From a virus: a stretch of 64,000 bases of DNA. The translations under genes were made by a program, and so were the position numbers. Below the pieces are notes generated by a model. It was not told the origin of the DNA. It did not search any database and saw only the letters and a list, made by a program, of their open reading frames with translations. The stretch covers positions 73,472 to 137,471 of IMG/VR virus record IMGVR_UViG_3300050343_000117, one strand, 5' to 3'. Of the stretch, positions 31,816 to 42,205 are shown in pieces. The stretch's first letter is position 1; each line of letters opens with the position of its first letter.

Positions 31816-32947
31816 TAGTATCCATCATCCTCCATAATATCTGCGCGGGTCAGTGTTCTCTCTTCGACGAAGTTTAATGATAGGTCGATTTCTACAGGTT
31901 GACCGTCGGGGTGAAATGCCATACTACTGGCATTGTAGTTAGTAGCGATTGACTTTAGGTAGCACTTTTTCATTCGATTACCAACACGGACCGGAGATCC
32001 TTCTTTCGGTTGATACATAATATCTAATTCAAACATGTGTGGAAATTTATAACCCGCACTAACACCACCAACATCAATTGATTCCGGATAGGCATACATA
32101 CGAAATCTTCGAATAATTTTCTTGACCGCCTTTGCTTCTTCAGCACTCTTTGCGATAAATTTGAATGCGAATGAAAACTCTCTTATGTTCACACCCTTGA
32201 ATAATGCACGTACGTTAGGGTTCACGGTTACACCACCCACTAGAGATGATGCCATATTCGCCTCTGCGCTAACTCCGCCAGCCTTACCTATTCTCGTTGC
32301 CATCTTGTTCATCGCAAGTGCTGCCTGAGCACCAGATAGGTTACCCATAGCAAAATCCATGACTCCCGTCATTCCTTTTGATGCGGTATCTGCGTAGACG
32401 CTCCTAGGATACCTTTACCTCCACTGAATTGTTGGGCAAGTCCAGCACCTATAGCACCCAGTTCAGGTGTTGCATAATTAAGACCGTCAGTTTGTTGCAG
32501 CGATACAGGTAGATATAACTTTACAGATTCATCGGTGTCTCTCATTTCACTACTAGTAAAGGATAACTCACCCCCTTTCTCAACGAATCTGTTATCAATA
32601 GCCTTCTTGTTTTCTTTAGACTTCCTTTCGTACTGAGCGTCGGTTAGTTTCCCATCCTTTCTCTTAGTCCTTAATTCGTCTTCTTCATTTAATAACTTTC
32701 TGTATTCTTCATCTCCCTGTAGAGTAGAAGCAACATCTGCAGCGCTAGAAGTAAGACCCGGCGGGACTATCTCAAATATTTTAAAGGATATGCTTGCGCC
32801 ATACCTGTCTTGAGAATGGACAGGAAATATTAATTTAGATGGAGCTTTATCAGCAACATTCTGTGGTTGTTCTTCTTTCTTTTCTGCTTCGGTTTTTTCT
32901 TCGGGTGATAGATCGAATATTTCCGACAAAAATTCTAGTATAGCCAT
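31815..32947 (-). CDS. gp48: baseplate tail-tube cap (joined across an indel near 32395)
   Basis: VKLYLPVSL in the 5' part; NPNVRALFKGVNIREFSFAFKF, CYLKSIATNY, GQPVEIDLSLNFVE in the 3' part. Confidence 0.8.
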
Positions 32948-32964
32948 GAGGGTGAACCTATGTT

Positions 32965-32989
32965 TATAAATACTGTTTGACTATTTATA
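32965..32989. promoter_or_regulatory. pair of opposed T4 late promoters at the strand switch
   Basis: TATAAATA on plus at 32965-32972 and on minus at 32982-32989. Confidence 0.8.
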
Positions 32990-32999
32990 CATAAAAACA

Positions 33000-33612
33000 A
33001 TGAACTTAGTAAACGATACCAAATTCCTTACCGATGGATGGCCGCCTTATGAAGAAGGTCATGTTATACCAAACGACATGACCTGCCGAATGGTATATGT
33101 AATATTGAAGATGACTCGTTCTAAAAACATCTTGGAGATAGGATTCAACTACGGACACAGCGCATCACGTTTTTCTAAACACCGATACCTCGCGTTAAAT
33201 ATCATTCGATTGACATAGGCCAATACGACCATACAGCTTTGGTCAACGCTAATAAACTCATTGATATGTACCCCGATAGGTTCGAGTTCACTCACATGAG
33301 TTCACACGATATCGACCCATCTAAGGTACCCTCGACTATGATATGATATTCGTTGATGGCGACCACAGCATCGATGGTATGTCACGGGACCTGAACCTAT
33401 GTCAACAATCACGCCCTAAGTACATTCTATTCGACGACTACGTCGGCCGACTGTCGATGGATGAGAAGATAGATTCACCTAACCCAAAGAGATTGATACA
33501 ACATTTTCTATCCAAACCAGACTTTCCATACAAGAAAATAGCACGTGAGTTCGTGTACCCTGCTACCGATCGTATGAACCACATGGTGTTATTAAAACGT
33601 GAAGACATATAA
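33000..33612 (+). CDS. class I SAM-dependent methyltransferase (Methyltransf_24-like), frameshifted
   Basis: ILEIGFNYGHSA in the first piece; YDMIFVDGDHS and ILFDDY in the last piece. Confidence 0.7.
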
Positions 33613-34144
33613 AGGTAGATACAAACCAAAGAACCCAGAGAAGTATGCTGGGGACGTGGACAATGTCGTCTACCGTTCGGGGTGGGAACGACACGTTATG
33701 AAATGGTGTGATGACAGTCTGGACGTGGTACAATGGATGTCCGAAGAGTTGGTCATCCCCTACATCTGTGAGACTGATAAGAAGCCGCATCGATACTTCA
33801 TGGACTTCGTTATCAAGTACAAGTCTGGACGTGTTGTACTGGTCGAGGTCAAACCCCACAAGCAGACCCTACGTCCTGAACGCAAGCAGGGAAAGTCCCG
33901 TCACACTCTATTGAACGAGGGTATGACGTACGTCAAGAACCAATCCAAGTGGAAGGCAGCATCCGAATACGCAAAGGATAGAGGGTACCACTTTGAGATA
34001 TGGACAGAGAACGAACTCACCGCTATGGGTATCATGCCCAAGTCTACCCAACGTATGCGTACCAAGAAACCACTAAAGAAACTACCGCCGTTCAGAAAGA
34101 AAGAAAAAATCGGTATAAATAGAAGTACGAATTTTTTACGGTAG
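33599..34144 (+). CDS. gp4: head completion nuclease
   Basis: YKGRYKPKNPEKYAGD, YRSGWE, WMSEE, HRYFMDF, LVEVKP, KNQSKWKAA. Confidence 0.92.
   Translation: MKTYKGRYKPKNPEKYAGDVDNVVYRSGWERHVMKWCDDSLDVVQWMSEELVIPYICETDKKPHRYFMDFVIKYKSGRVVLVEVKPHKQTLRPERKQGKSRHTLLNEGMTYVKNQSKWKAASEYAKDRGYHFEIWTENELTAMGIMPKSTQRMRTKKPLKKLPPFRKKEKIGINRSTNFLR
34114..34121 (+). promoter_or_regulatory. T4-type late promoter
   Basis: TATAAATA about 30 nt upstream of gp2. Confidence 0.75.
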
Positions 34145-34148
34145 CGAC

Positions 34149-34741
34149 ATGTCTAACATATTTCAACGATTAGAACTACAAGCGTTCCGTGCGGGTATTA
34201 CACCTCGCACCAAAGAATCGCGAGATTGGTTTCGTAAGAAGATCAAGAACATGCGCAGTATCAAACGCTGAGGCCTTGATGAAAGAAGACCCGTTGAAAG
34301 CAAACGGGTCAAGAAATCGTCGGTAGTATGTACATGTTCTTCTACGATCCTAAACATAAAGATACATTACCGTACTATGACACATTTCCATTGGTCGTCG
34401 TAGTAGGTCCGGCAGAAGGTGGGTTCTATGGGTTGAACCTACACTACCTTCCACCTATCCTACGTGCGAAGATGTTGGATGCGTTGATGGATATCACACG
34501 AATACTAAGTTCAACAGACTCTACACGATTCAAGATGTCGTATGAGTTGTTGGTCAAGACAAGTAAGTTGAAGTACTTTAAACCGTGTTTCAAACACTAT
34601 CTGAATGAACACGTACAGAGTAAGTTCGCAATGGTACCTGCACCAGAGTGGGAGATTGCTACATTCCTACCGACCGCAGACTTCCGTAAGGCAAACTCTA
34701 AGAAGGTCTACTACGACTCTAAACAGATGATAGGCGAATAG
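34149..34741 (+). CDS. gp2: DNA end protector protein (5' part frameshifted)
   Basis: MYMFFYDPKHKDTLPYYDTFPLV, GLNLHYLPP, KPCFKHYL; upstream AGITPRTKESRDWF reads in another frame from ATG 34149. Confidence 0.85.
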
Positions 34742-34743
34742 AA

Positions 34744-35364
34744 ATGGCAGGAATAGAAGAGTTAAAAAGTAAACTGATAGCAAAGAATGGTATCGCAATG
34801 GCGAACCAGTTCGCGGTCAATCTACCTACCTTGGATAAGAATACCTCATCGGACACACTTAATGTCTTATGTAAAGAGGTAAGTCTGCCTGGCCGTCAAA
34901 TGATGAGCCTGGATAGGACAGTCGGTATATTTCAAGAGAAGGTGGTGAATGGATTTGGTGTAGAGGATGTCACGATGACTTTCTATGTGCTGAATGACTA
35001 TGGTGTCCGTAGATACTTTGATGAATGGACCAAGTTAATATACACCGACATAAAAAGAGGTGAGGTTAACTATAAGAACAACTACACCTTTGATGTCAAC
35101 ATTCGCCAACTACAAAAACCTTTAGCAAGATTTGGATTCGATATAGGTCCATTTGATATAAATCTAGATGTGGGAAATAAGTCTATATACAGTGTAAAAC
35201 TAATAGAGGCGTTTCCAACATCTATTGCAGCAATCCCACTGTCTAATGACGGTCAATTGGTCGAGTGTACTGTACAACTTTCATATACCGACTATGAAGT
35301 AATCAAGGATGAAAGAGAGTTGTTTGATCCTAGTATCAATATAAATCTAGGTGGATTAATTTAA
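34744..35364 (+). CDS. gp54: baseplate tail-tube initiator / tube-like protein
   Basis: LCKEVSLPGR, TMTFY, RRYFDEW, VKLIEAFPTSI, TVQLSY. Confidence 0.7.
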   Translation: MAGIEELKSKLIAKNGIAMANQFAVNLPTLDKNTSSDTLNVLCKEVSLPGRQMMSLDRTVGIFQEKVVNGFGVEDVTMTFYVLNDYGVRRYFDEWTKLIYTDIKRGEVNYKNNYTFDVNIRQLQKPLARFGFDIGPFDINLDVGNKSIYSVKLIEAFPTSIAAIPLSNDGQLVECTVQLSYTDYEVIKDERELFDPSININLGGLI

Positions 35365-35384
35365 TATACATTATAGGATAAATC

Positions 35385-36092
35385 ATGGCATTACCAAAAC
35401 TGAATGAAAACCCAAGTTATAGCATTGAAGTACCGTCTACAGGACAGAAGACTACATTTAGACCTTTCCTAGTAAAGGAACAGAAAAACCTCCTGATTGC
35501 ATATGAAACACAAGAGCGCAAAGATATGGTACGTGCGATATTGCGAACTATCGACGCTTGTGTTGAAGAACCTTTGGAAGGTACATTGACTACATTCGAT
35601 GTAGACTATCTATTTACAAAAATTCGTGCCAAGTCGGTAGGCGAATCCGCAGATATTCAGGTATCCTGTAGTGAATGCGGTGAAGCAAATAAGGTTTCGG
35701 TTGAGCTTGATGACATTAAGATGAGTGGGGAGACAACAAATAATCTGATCGAAATTACTGATAGTGTTTCTATACAGATGCGTTATCCATCATATGAAGA
35801 GTTCTTGAACAATGATTCATTATTGTCTACCGAAACAACGACAGAGGGTCTATGGGAGTTATTAGTCGTTTGTATGGAAGCAGTGTTGACAGACGAAGAA
35901 CGAATCTCTATGAATGATCAGTCAAAAGAAGACGTGTCAGAATTCATTGACTCTATGACTTCAGATCAGTTTGCGAAAGTATCTGAATTTATCAATTCGG
36001 TTCCTAGCGTAACACAAGATGTTAAATTTGAATGTACGTCTTGTGGCCATGCGAATGAAAGAACACTAAAGGGGATGGATGATTTTTTTTAG
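35385..36092 (+). CDS. gp26: baseplate hub assembly chaperone
   Basis: MALPKL, FRPFLVKEQK, FDVDYLFTKIRAKSVGE, two CxxC motifs, ends GMDDFF. Confidence 0.85.
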   Translation: MALPKLNENPSYSIEVPSTGQKTTFRPFLVKEQKNLLIAYETQERKDMVRAILRTIDACVEEPLEGTLTTFDVDYLFTKIRAKSVGESADIQVSCSECGEANKVSVELDDIKMSGETTNNLIEITDSVSIQMRYPSYEEFLNNDSLLSTETTTEGLWELLVVCMEAVLTDEERISMNDQSKEDVSEFIDSMTSDQFAKVSEFINSVPSVTQDVKFECTSCGHANERTLKGMDDFF

Positions 36093-36271
36093 TAAATCTC
36101 TCTCATGATAACTTGACAAATTACTATCAAGTTAACTTCCAGCTTCTTAACAACTTTAATTACTCACTGGAAGAGGTCGAAACAATGATTCCGTGGGAGA
36201 GAGAGATCTACTTAATGATGTTGATAGAAGACATCAAAGAGAAAAACGAAAGGGCAAAACAACAAGGATAA
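36083..36271 (+). CDS. gp51-like hub assembly piece in the -1 frame of gp26
   Basis: Hand translation: FFLVNLSHDNLTNYYQVNFQLLNNFNYSLEEVETMIPWEREIYLMMLIEDIKEKNERAKQQG; no upstream ATG. Confidence 0.7.
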   Translation, partial: FFLVNLSHDNLTNYYQVNFQLLNNFNYSLEEVETMIPWEREIYLMMLIEDIKEKNERAKQQG

Positions 36272-36274
36272 TAA

Positions 36275-37887
36275 ATGTCTACTCTCAAAGAAGTGTCCGA
36301 CAACTTAAAATCAGTTGACCAAAAAATGGCATCTGTTAGATCGGGACAATACGACCAGAACAGATTGAATATTGATAATTCTGACAGATTGATAGCTGTT
36401 ATGGAAGACGTTGTCATGCGTACTGGTCGTAGCGAAAATATCCTTAGCCAAATGTTTGGTCATCTCGGTTACATTAGACGCAAACTGCAAAAGGGGCGTT
36501 TCTGTTGAAAAAGACTCTTCAGTCGTTGAAAGAGATCCGTCATTCGTAGGTCCGATTCGACCAGACCCTGTCGCCACAGGAGATTCTTTAGAAGAACGGA
36601 GAGAGCAACAACAATGGCAGAATGATTTGTTAGATGCCATCCGTAATCTTTCAGATAATCCACCTAAAGAAGATAAAGACCCAAAAAAAGAATCCTCTGG
36701 TCTATTACGACTAGGTAAGCTAGCATCTGCGGCGGCCATAACTATAGGTGCACTGACTGGTTCGATAGCTAGTCTTTTTAAACCATTAGCATGGCTTACA
36801 AGTAAGTTGACACCTAAAACGTTAAAATCCTTCATGGGTAAGATAGGGTATACGATTAAAGCAGTCTTCGTTGAAGGAGGCCGAGCAATAAAAAACGCAG
36901 TCGGCAACTTTGCTAGCAAATTAAAAACCCTATTCACGGAGAACAAAATAGCTAAGCTCCTAGTGTCAATCTCCGAAAAATTTAAATCATTTACAAAACC
37001 CCTTGATACATTAAAAGATACCCTTTCCTTTACTAAGGGTGGTAAAGGCGGAAGCATATTTAAAAGAATAGGTGCTGCGTTTACAAAAATATTTTCACTG
37101 TTTGGTAGCTTTGGCAGAACAATTGCTACTGTTTTCAAAATAGCATCTAGGGTATTTGGCTCCCCTTGTAGCTGCATTTATTGCGGGAAAAAATATTCTT
37201 AATGACATAAAGACCGGAGACTTAGGTTTTGGTACAATTGCGCGTATAATCGATGACTTAATCAAATTCTTTGTTATTGATATGTTGGATATGGTTAAGG
37301 GCGCATTTGGATGGATTTCTGGAAAACTTGGGTTCGAAGGAATTCAAGAATTTCTCTCATCTTTTAGTTTTGGTGATTTATACTTGCTATTAAAAGAAAA
37401 GCTATTTGGTGTAATTGAAAGTATAGGTACCTATGCAAGTGATATATTTGGAGATCTCATCGGTGGATTTAAAAAATTAATATCTGGAGATTTCATCGAG
37501 GGAATTGTAGGTATCTTTACTGCTATTAATAAACCATTTAAAGATCTGAAGAAATGGTTGGGAAATATAGTATTAAGAGTTTTAGAGACACTTACTCCTA
37601 AAAATTTAGCATTACTTGCAGCTGGGTCGGAAAACGCCAAGGGATTTGATTATATACTGAAGGGAGAAGCGGCCGCACAGGTGGATGCGGTGAAACCTAT
37701 GACTGGATCAGAATTGGATAAAGCAGTAAAAGAGAATAATAAAACAAGCGACAATCCAATAATTATACAGGATAACAGTAACAATTCAACCAACACTTCA
37801 GGTGGAGGCGGGGGTGAAACTCATGTACATACCGGAGTCACTTCAACTGACGGTGCAGATCCAAACATTTTAGCATTTGGTAGATAA
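36275..37887 (+). CDS. tape-measure-like protein (gp29 position), three pieces joined across indels
   Basis: Follows hub chaperones; long amphipathic helical F/I/L/K/G-rich segments; N-rich low-complexity C-terminus. Confidence 0.6.
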
Positions 37888-37910
37888 AAAAAGGGAGTCC
37901 GAAGACTCCC
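37886..37910 (-). terminator. Rho-independent terminator with UUCG loop
   Basis: GGGAGTC-TTCG-GACTCCC-T7 on minus, at a convergent junction. Confidence 0.85.
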
Positions 37911-37930
37911 AAAGACTACCAAACAATCAA

Positions 37931-38194
37931 TTAGTTTGGATTGGACATATTAATAATCGCTTGTACGATCCTTGCCTTGTTGGCAGATTTAGGTACAGAC
38001 ACTCCAAGATCACTAGCCCTTTCAACCAATTGAGCCTTTGTTAAGGACATCAACTCAGACTGATCTGGTTGAGTCGGAGTGGTAGGGGAAGTACCCCCAC
38101 CCGTTGTCTTTTCCGGTTTGCTTGATACTGATCGGTAGATCAGACCAAATGCAACTAATCCCGCTAGGATTAGAATAATCATATTTGTATCCAT
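37931..38194 (-). CDS. membrane-anchored protein with Rho-N/HeH-like domain
   Basis: N-terminal TM helix, T/P linker, LMSLTKAQLVERASDLGV...NKARIVQAI. Confidence 0.6.
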   Translation of the reverse strand: MDTNMIILILAGLVAFGLIYRSVSSKPEKTTGGGTSPTTPTQPDQSELMSLTKAQLVERASDLGVSVPKSANKARIVQAIINMSNPN

Positions 38195-38196
38195 TT

Positions 38197-39147
38197 TTAG
38201 TCCTCCGCAGCCATCTGCGCAAAGTAAGACAGTGTATCGTCCGCTTCCGCCGCAACCAAAGGTGCAGCCTCAACAGCAGGAGCAGATACCACAGTCGGTT
38301 CTGACGACTCACGCATAGGTGCCGCTTCAGCAGTCTGCGCAAGTGCCTCGTTCTTGATAGTTGCACCAGCACCAGTTGCGAGACCCAGTACGGTCTCCAA
38401 CTTGTTCTTCAACTCATCATAAGTCTTGAACCACTTGGCGTCGTGTGCATTCGGATAGTCTGGTACTACAAACTCGTTTAAGTCATATAGTGTGTTATAC
38501 ACCGTTTCAAGTTTAGTCTCATCTGAACCTAGGTATGCAGAAGGAGACTTGAAGTCTGACTTATCATAGTTACGATATCCCGCAACATTACGGATCTTCA
38601 GTTCGAAGTCAGCGCCAGCCCAAAAGTCGAATGGGTTTACTGGTTCTTCGCCAGGAAATTCTGGTTGCATCTGATCCATAATCTTATCAAAGATCTTCTT
38701 ACCAAACTCATAGATGAAAGTCTTGCCGTTGTTGGCAGGGTTAGAAGGATCATTAATAACTTGGATGTTAGTAACGTAGTGTAGACGACGCTTCTGTCGA
38801 CGTGCAGTTTCCTTATCCTCTTCGATACCTGAGTTCCACAGACGCGAGTTCAACTCACCTAGTGGATCGTTCTGACCTAGGGTCGTTAGTGAACGCTCGA
38901 TGTACCATTGTCCGGTTGGACCCTTGAATGCGTGGTCCCAATAACGGACCCACGGTAGGTCTTGACCTTCGGTAGCGGGAAGGAAACGAATCACGGCATA
39001 ACCATTACCCTGTTCATCAACAGTTGGTTTCCACTTGCGATCGTCTTGGTATTTGTTGGTGTTAGTTGTCTGACCTGACGCTTCGGTAGCGGCAGTGACA
39101 AGTTTGGAGATGTCCATAGACTTGGACTTTAGATTTGCAAAAGACAT
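38197..39147 (-). CDS. gp32: single-stranded DNA binding protein
   Basis: DDRKWKP, GNGYAVIRFLPA, HAFKGPTGQWYIE, FGKKIFDKI, NYDKSDF, acidic tail. Confidence 0.95.
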   Translation of the reverse strand: MSFANLKSKSMDISKLVTAATEASGQTTNTNKYQDDRKWKPTVDEQGNGYAVIRFLPATEGQDLPWVRYWDHAFKGPTGQWYIERSLTTLGQNDPLGELNSRLWNSGIEEDKETARRQKRRLHYVTNIQVINDPSNPANNGKTFIYEFGKKIFDKIMDQMQPEFPGEEPVNPFDFWAGADFELKIRNVAGYRNYDKSDFKSPSAYLGSDETKLETVYNTLYDLNEFVVPDYPNAHDAKWFKTYDELKNKLETVLGLATGAGATIKNEALAQTAEAAPMRESSEPTVVSAPAVEAAPLVAAEADDTLSYFAQMAAED

Positions 39148-39149
39148 AA

Positions 39150-39217
39150 TATTTCCTTAAATATAAACTTAAATATAAACAATGTATGAGATTGCCTCTA
39201 GGGCATTACTATTTATA
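39150..39217 (-). promoter_or_regulatory. gp32 leader: late promoter plus AT-rich repeated putative translational operator
   Basis: TATAAATA at 39210-39217; GTTTATATTTAAG twice, running into the AAGGA RBS. Confidence 0.6.
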
Positions 39218-39449
39218 CGTCTAGTGTATTCTGCTTCGGCAGAAAATTCAACTGACGTGCTTCACTCTCTAGATGTTCTACGATAGTGGGAGACAGATAC
39301 TTCTTGATGTCTTCCAGCTCTAATCCGTTCTTCTCACAGAGATGTACAATGGAATCCATGTACGACATTCTGTTTTGAAAAACGAAACTCTCAATCATCG
39401 CAGAGAATGATTTCTTGGTTAGGAATTTCTCTTCAGTAGTCTCATCCAT
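39213..39449 (-). CDS. gp33: late promoter transcription co-activator
   Basis: FSAMIE, SYMDSIVHLCEKNGLE, LESEARQLNFL; next to gp32. Confidence 0.88.
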   Translation of the reverse strand: MDETTEEKFLTKKSFSAMIESFVFQNRMSYMDSIVHLCEKNGLELEDIKKYLSPTIVEHLESEARQLNFLPKQNTLDV

Positions 39450-39702
39450 TGATTACCTCAATCGCACGGACATTATCAACGCGGAAAGACCGCCATGATT
39501 GCTTGTCGATTGCGAATGCGCGGATCACAGACTTATTTACAGAAAAGTCATCCACTTGACTGACCTTAGACTCCGACAGTTCAGGCATATAGTCTGTCTG
39601 GAGAGTACATGGCATAATGCGTTCCTCACCGTTGACCTTACTAAATGTGACCTGAAGTACGTTTGATCGAAGTTGATCAACTATATTATCATAACTAAAC
39701 AT
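39442..39702 (-). CDS. SH3-like beta-barrel protein (WYL_2/DUF2693-like)
   Basis: VTFSKVNGEERIMPCTL...WRSFRVD; GGAG RBS before ATG 39702. Confidence 0.7.
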   Translation of the reverse strand: MFSYDNIVDQLRSNVLQVTFSKVNGEERIMPCTLQTDYMPELSESKVSQVDDFSVNKSVIRAFAIDKQSWRSFRVDNVRAIEVING

Positions 39703-39712
39703 CGACTCCTCC

Positions 39713-40000
39713 TTAGAATCGTTCAAACTCTTCTTCCTCAGCAGCCTCTTCTTCTGACGCATGGATTGCTTCAAGAAAAGCTTCACTACCATCCAATACC
39801 GCAATCGTGTGCTCAAATGCATCTAGTGTAAGAAGAATGTTCTTACGCTCTTCATCTGCTTCATCACGTTCGTGGTAATCCTTAATGTAAGAATCAAGGG
39901 TATCTAAGTATGCACAACGCATGAACTCGCGTGTGATAAGTTCCACGTCATTACGTGGGTATTGACCTAAGTCAATTAGGTTTTCTGGCGTACTGGCCAT
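39713..40000 (-). CDS. hypothetical acidic protein
   Basis: ORF with GAGG RBS, coupled to neighbours. Confidence 0.6.
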   Translation of the reverse strand: MASTPENLIDLGQYPRNDVELITREFMRCAYLDTLDSYIKDYHERDEADEERKNILLTLDAFEHTIAVLDGSEAFLEAIHASEEEAAEEEEFERF

Positions 40001-40224
40001 TAGTTCCATTCCTCATTTTGGTTTGCTTCATATACATCGGAGAAGTGAGTATTGACGAATCGGTCCTCATCTCCCCAGCGTACATCTGACTTATAGTCTT
40101 GACGATCAAGACTTACTACTTCATCGGCAAGTTTTTTGTTAGACTTACTGATCTTACTATGCTTCTGAATCTTGAGTGCTGCTGCACGAATCATTGCATA
40201 ACGTACTTCTTTACTTACTGCCAT
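40000..40224 (-). CDS. hypothetical protein
   Basis: Directly downstream of a TTGACA...TATAAT promoter at about 40226-40254. Confidence 0.55.
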   Translation of the reverse strand: MAVSKEVRYAMIRAAALKIQKHSKISKSNKKLADEVVSLDRQDYKSDVRWGDEDRFVNTHFSDVYEANQNEEWN

Positions 40225-40322
40225 AATTATACCTTATATGTAGGGGGTTGTCAAGTGGCTAGAATCCATTATTTGGATACAGTTCATCTTTGGTCAATTG
40301 ACCTCGTTTCTTCGACTCCTTC

Positions 40323-40814
40323 TTACGGTCGACGTGGGTAGAAGCGCGATTGAATTTCCGCGCATACTTCGCGACCGGATTCGATCGCTTGATAGATTTC
40401 TTCTTCATTATCATATGCCTCGTTTTCCCATGGCTGATCAGAGTACTTCATGTTCTCATACTCTTGCCCATCGAATATCCACTTATAGGACATCACACCT
40501 TCATTCAGAGTTAGTCCAGTATGAATCAATCGACCGCTTAGTATCTGCACTGCATGAATCATCTCATGGGCAATGTTGATTTTCATTTGTTTCTCATCGA
40601 CCCGTTTGCCTTCGAAGTACTCAGCGATAGAGATATCAACTTGATCCTCATCGCCGTCAACTAGTCCAGCGAACGTACCTAGGTCATCGACGAATTCTAA
40701 CTCGACGTGACCCGGCATGGTAGAGATTCCTAGAAACTGTGCAACCTTATGAACATAGGTGGACATCTCGTAACTAGGGGATTCCGCAACATCAACATTC
40801 TCAGCGTACTTCAT
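40323..40814 (-). CDS. HExxH metallopeptidase-like protein
   Basis: IAHEMIHAVQ...YSDQPWENEAY. Confidence 0.7.
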   Translation of the reverse strand: MKYAENVDVAESPSYEMSTYVHKVAQFLGISTMPGHVELEFVDDLGTFAGLVDGDEDQVDISIAEYFEGKRVDEKQMKINIAHEMIHAVQILSGRLIHTGLTLNEGVMSYKWIFDGQEYENMKYSDQPWENEAYDNEEEIYQAIESGREVCAEIQSRFYPRRP

Positions 40815-41131
40815 TATTCTACCCGATCGTGGAAAGGAACCGCACCAGAGAAATCCCCTCCGGTGATCTCACGGACCTTTCGGTGGAATCGACTATCAGA
40901 AGTGGAGACGAATGTACCACCCATCATCGGACGTTCCGCGCCTAGGTACGTAGGACGAACAAAACAAGTTCCGTCAACATAACCCTTGACCAACTCAACC
41001 GCAGGGCGACCTACAGTTGGTTCGAACGGACCTTCGACGTTTACGATGGTCACCGAAGTGAACCGTGAACTCATACCACCACCCGAACTGTCGGATTGGT
41101 CGGTACGATAAATATTTGCAATAAGACCCAT
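40814..41131 (-). CDS. hypothetical protein
   Basis: AGGAG RBS before MGLIANIYR; ends GAVPFHDRVE. Confidence 0.65.
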   Translation of the reverse strand: MGLIANIYRTDQSDSSGGGMSSRFTSVTIVNVEGPFEPTVGRPAVELVKGYVDGTCFVRPTYLGAERPMMGGTFVSTSDSRFHRKVREITGGDFSGAVPFHDRVE

Positions 41132-41141
41132 AACTAACTCC

Positions 41142-41333
41142 TTAGTGAAAAGTTGCTTGTTGAACTTCAAGTTCTTGATTGATAAGGCGCATCATCTCAT
41201 CGTTATTCAGACCCATCGAAGATAATGTCGCTATTGCAGTAGTAGAGTCGATGACATCATCAAGGAAAGAATCCATGACATCACGAACCGCTTCACCTAT
41301 CTCGCCAGTGGCGAACCATTCAGTAGTCATCAC
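41142..41333 (-). CDS. hypothetical protein
   Basis: Small ORF in an early operon. Confidence 0.5.
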   Translation of the reverse strand: MMTTEWFATGEIGEAVRDVMDSFLDDVIDSTTAIATLSSMGLNNDEMMRLINQELEVQQATFH

Positions 41334-41563
41334 TTAACCTCAACAACTTTATTGTTCTTGAATTCGGTACCTTCTGGACCGACCAACTTACCGAGCAACC
41401 AGAAGTCTTCTGCCTGCAACTTAGAAACGTCGTTAGAATATCCTTCTTTAACGAAGTCTGGACCTAACTCATTGTAGTTGTTAAGGAACTGAACAGCATC
41501 GGTAACAGTATCGAAAGTCTGTGCATCGTGGTGGTTTGACATTTTGGGTTTTGCGTAGAACAT
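41330..41563 (-). CDS. hypothetical protein
   Basis: First gene after a repeated early promoter. Confidence 0.6.
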   Translation of the reverse strand: MFYAKPKMSNHHDAQTFDTVTDAVQFLNNYNELGPDFVKEGYSNDVSKLQAEDFWLLGKLVGPEGTEFKNNKVVEVK

Positions 41564-41587
41564 AATTTAAATCTCTCTCTTCATTAG

Positions 41588-41631
41588 TTTATGTAGCTAT
41601 TGTACCTGTTTTAAAAACAATTGTCAAGGGC
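41588..41631 (-). promoter_or_regulatory. repeated early promoter, copy 1
   Basis: GCCC-TTGACA-17 nt-TACAAT-AGCTACATAAA. Confidence 0.8.
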
Positions 41632-41797
41632 TTTGCTTAACTTTTTTAGCAATTGCATGTAAATATTCACGTTTCAGAAACCACTTATACTTCGCAAAGT
41701 AATCCTTTGCCTTGTAGTCTGGACGTTTACCTGTGTAGAGTTCAACCTCATCACAGTGCTCGAACCACATTAGATCACACCAACGTCTAAAAGTCAT
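41624..41797 (-). CDS. small hypothetical protein
   Basis: Hand translation MTFRRWCDLMWFEHCDEVE...YFAKYKWFLKREY. Confidence 0.6.
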   Translation of the reverse strand: MTFRRWCDLMWFEHCDEVELYTGKRPDYKAKDYFAKYKWFLKREYLHAIAKKVKQSP

Positions 41798-41798
41798 A

Positions 41799-42182
41799 TC
41801 ACGCCACCAACTGGTAAGGTTTGTTGAACTGTCCGACGTTGATGTCGATGTAGTGACTTCGGTGGAAGTAGTCAGTCATGCTGTCATCTTCACAGAAGAA
41901 GTCGGGTCCTTCCATCGCAGCCTTCAATTCAGTCAAGAACGCAACAACCTTTTCGTCGTCGTAGTTTTCAGCAATCCAGTAAGGATTGACCTGAATGTAG
42001 TCACGAGGACCGTACTCACCGACAGGTAACGCTCCGATGATATCGAGAGCACCACTCTTGATGTTACACACTAAACTGCTGTGATGACGAATGGCAAGAG
42101 TACCTTTCATGTTGTACTTCTTGAGGACTGCTTTGATCGCAGGGGTTAACTTTTTCTTATCTTCTTGACTTACATATGCCAT
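41799..42182 (-). CDS. hypothetical protein
   Basis: 127 aa with DDSMTDYFH motif; follows a repeated promoter. Confidence 0.65.
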   Translation of the reverse strand: MAYVSQEDKKKLTPAIKAVLKKYNMKGTLAIRHHSSLVCNIKSGALDIIGALPVGEYGPRDYIQVNPYWIAENYDDEKVVAFLTELKAAMEGPDFFCEDDSMTDYFHRSHYIDINVGQFNKPYQLVA

Positions 42183-42205
42183 AACAATTTTCTCTCTCTC
42201 ATCAA

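Noticed and set aside
36311-37177. 288-aa minus-strand ORF
   Set aside because: Antisense to the tape-measure-like gene within a plus-strand late operon
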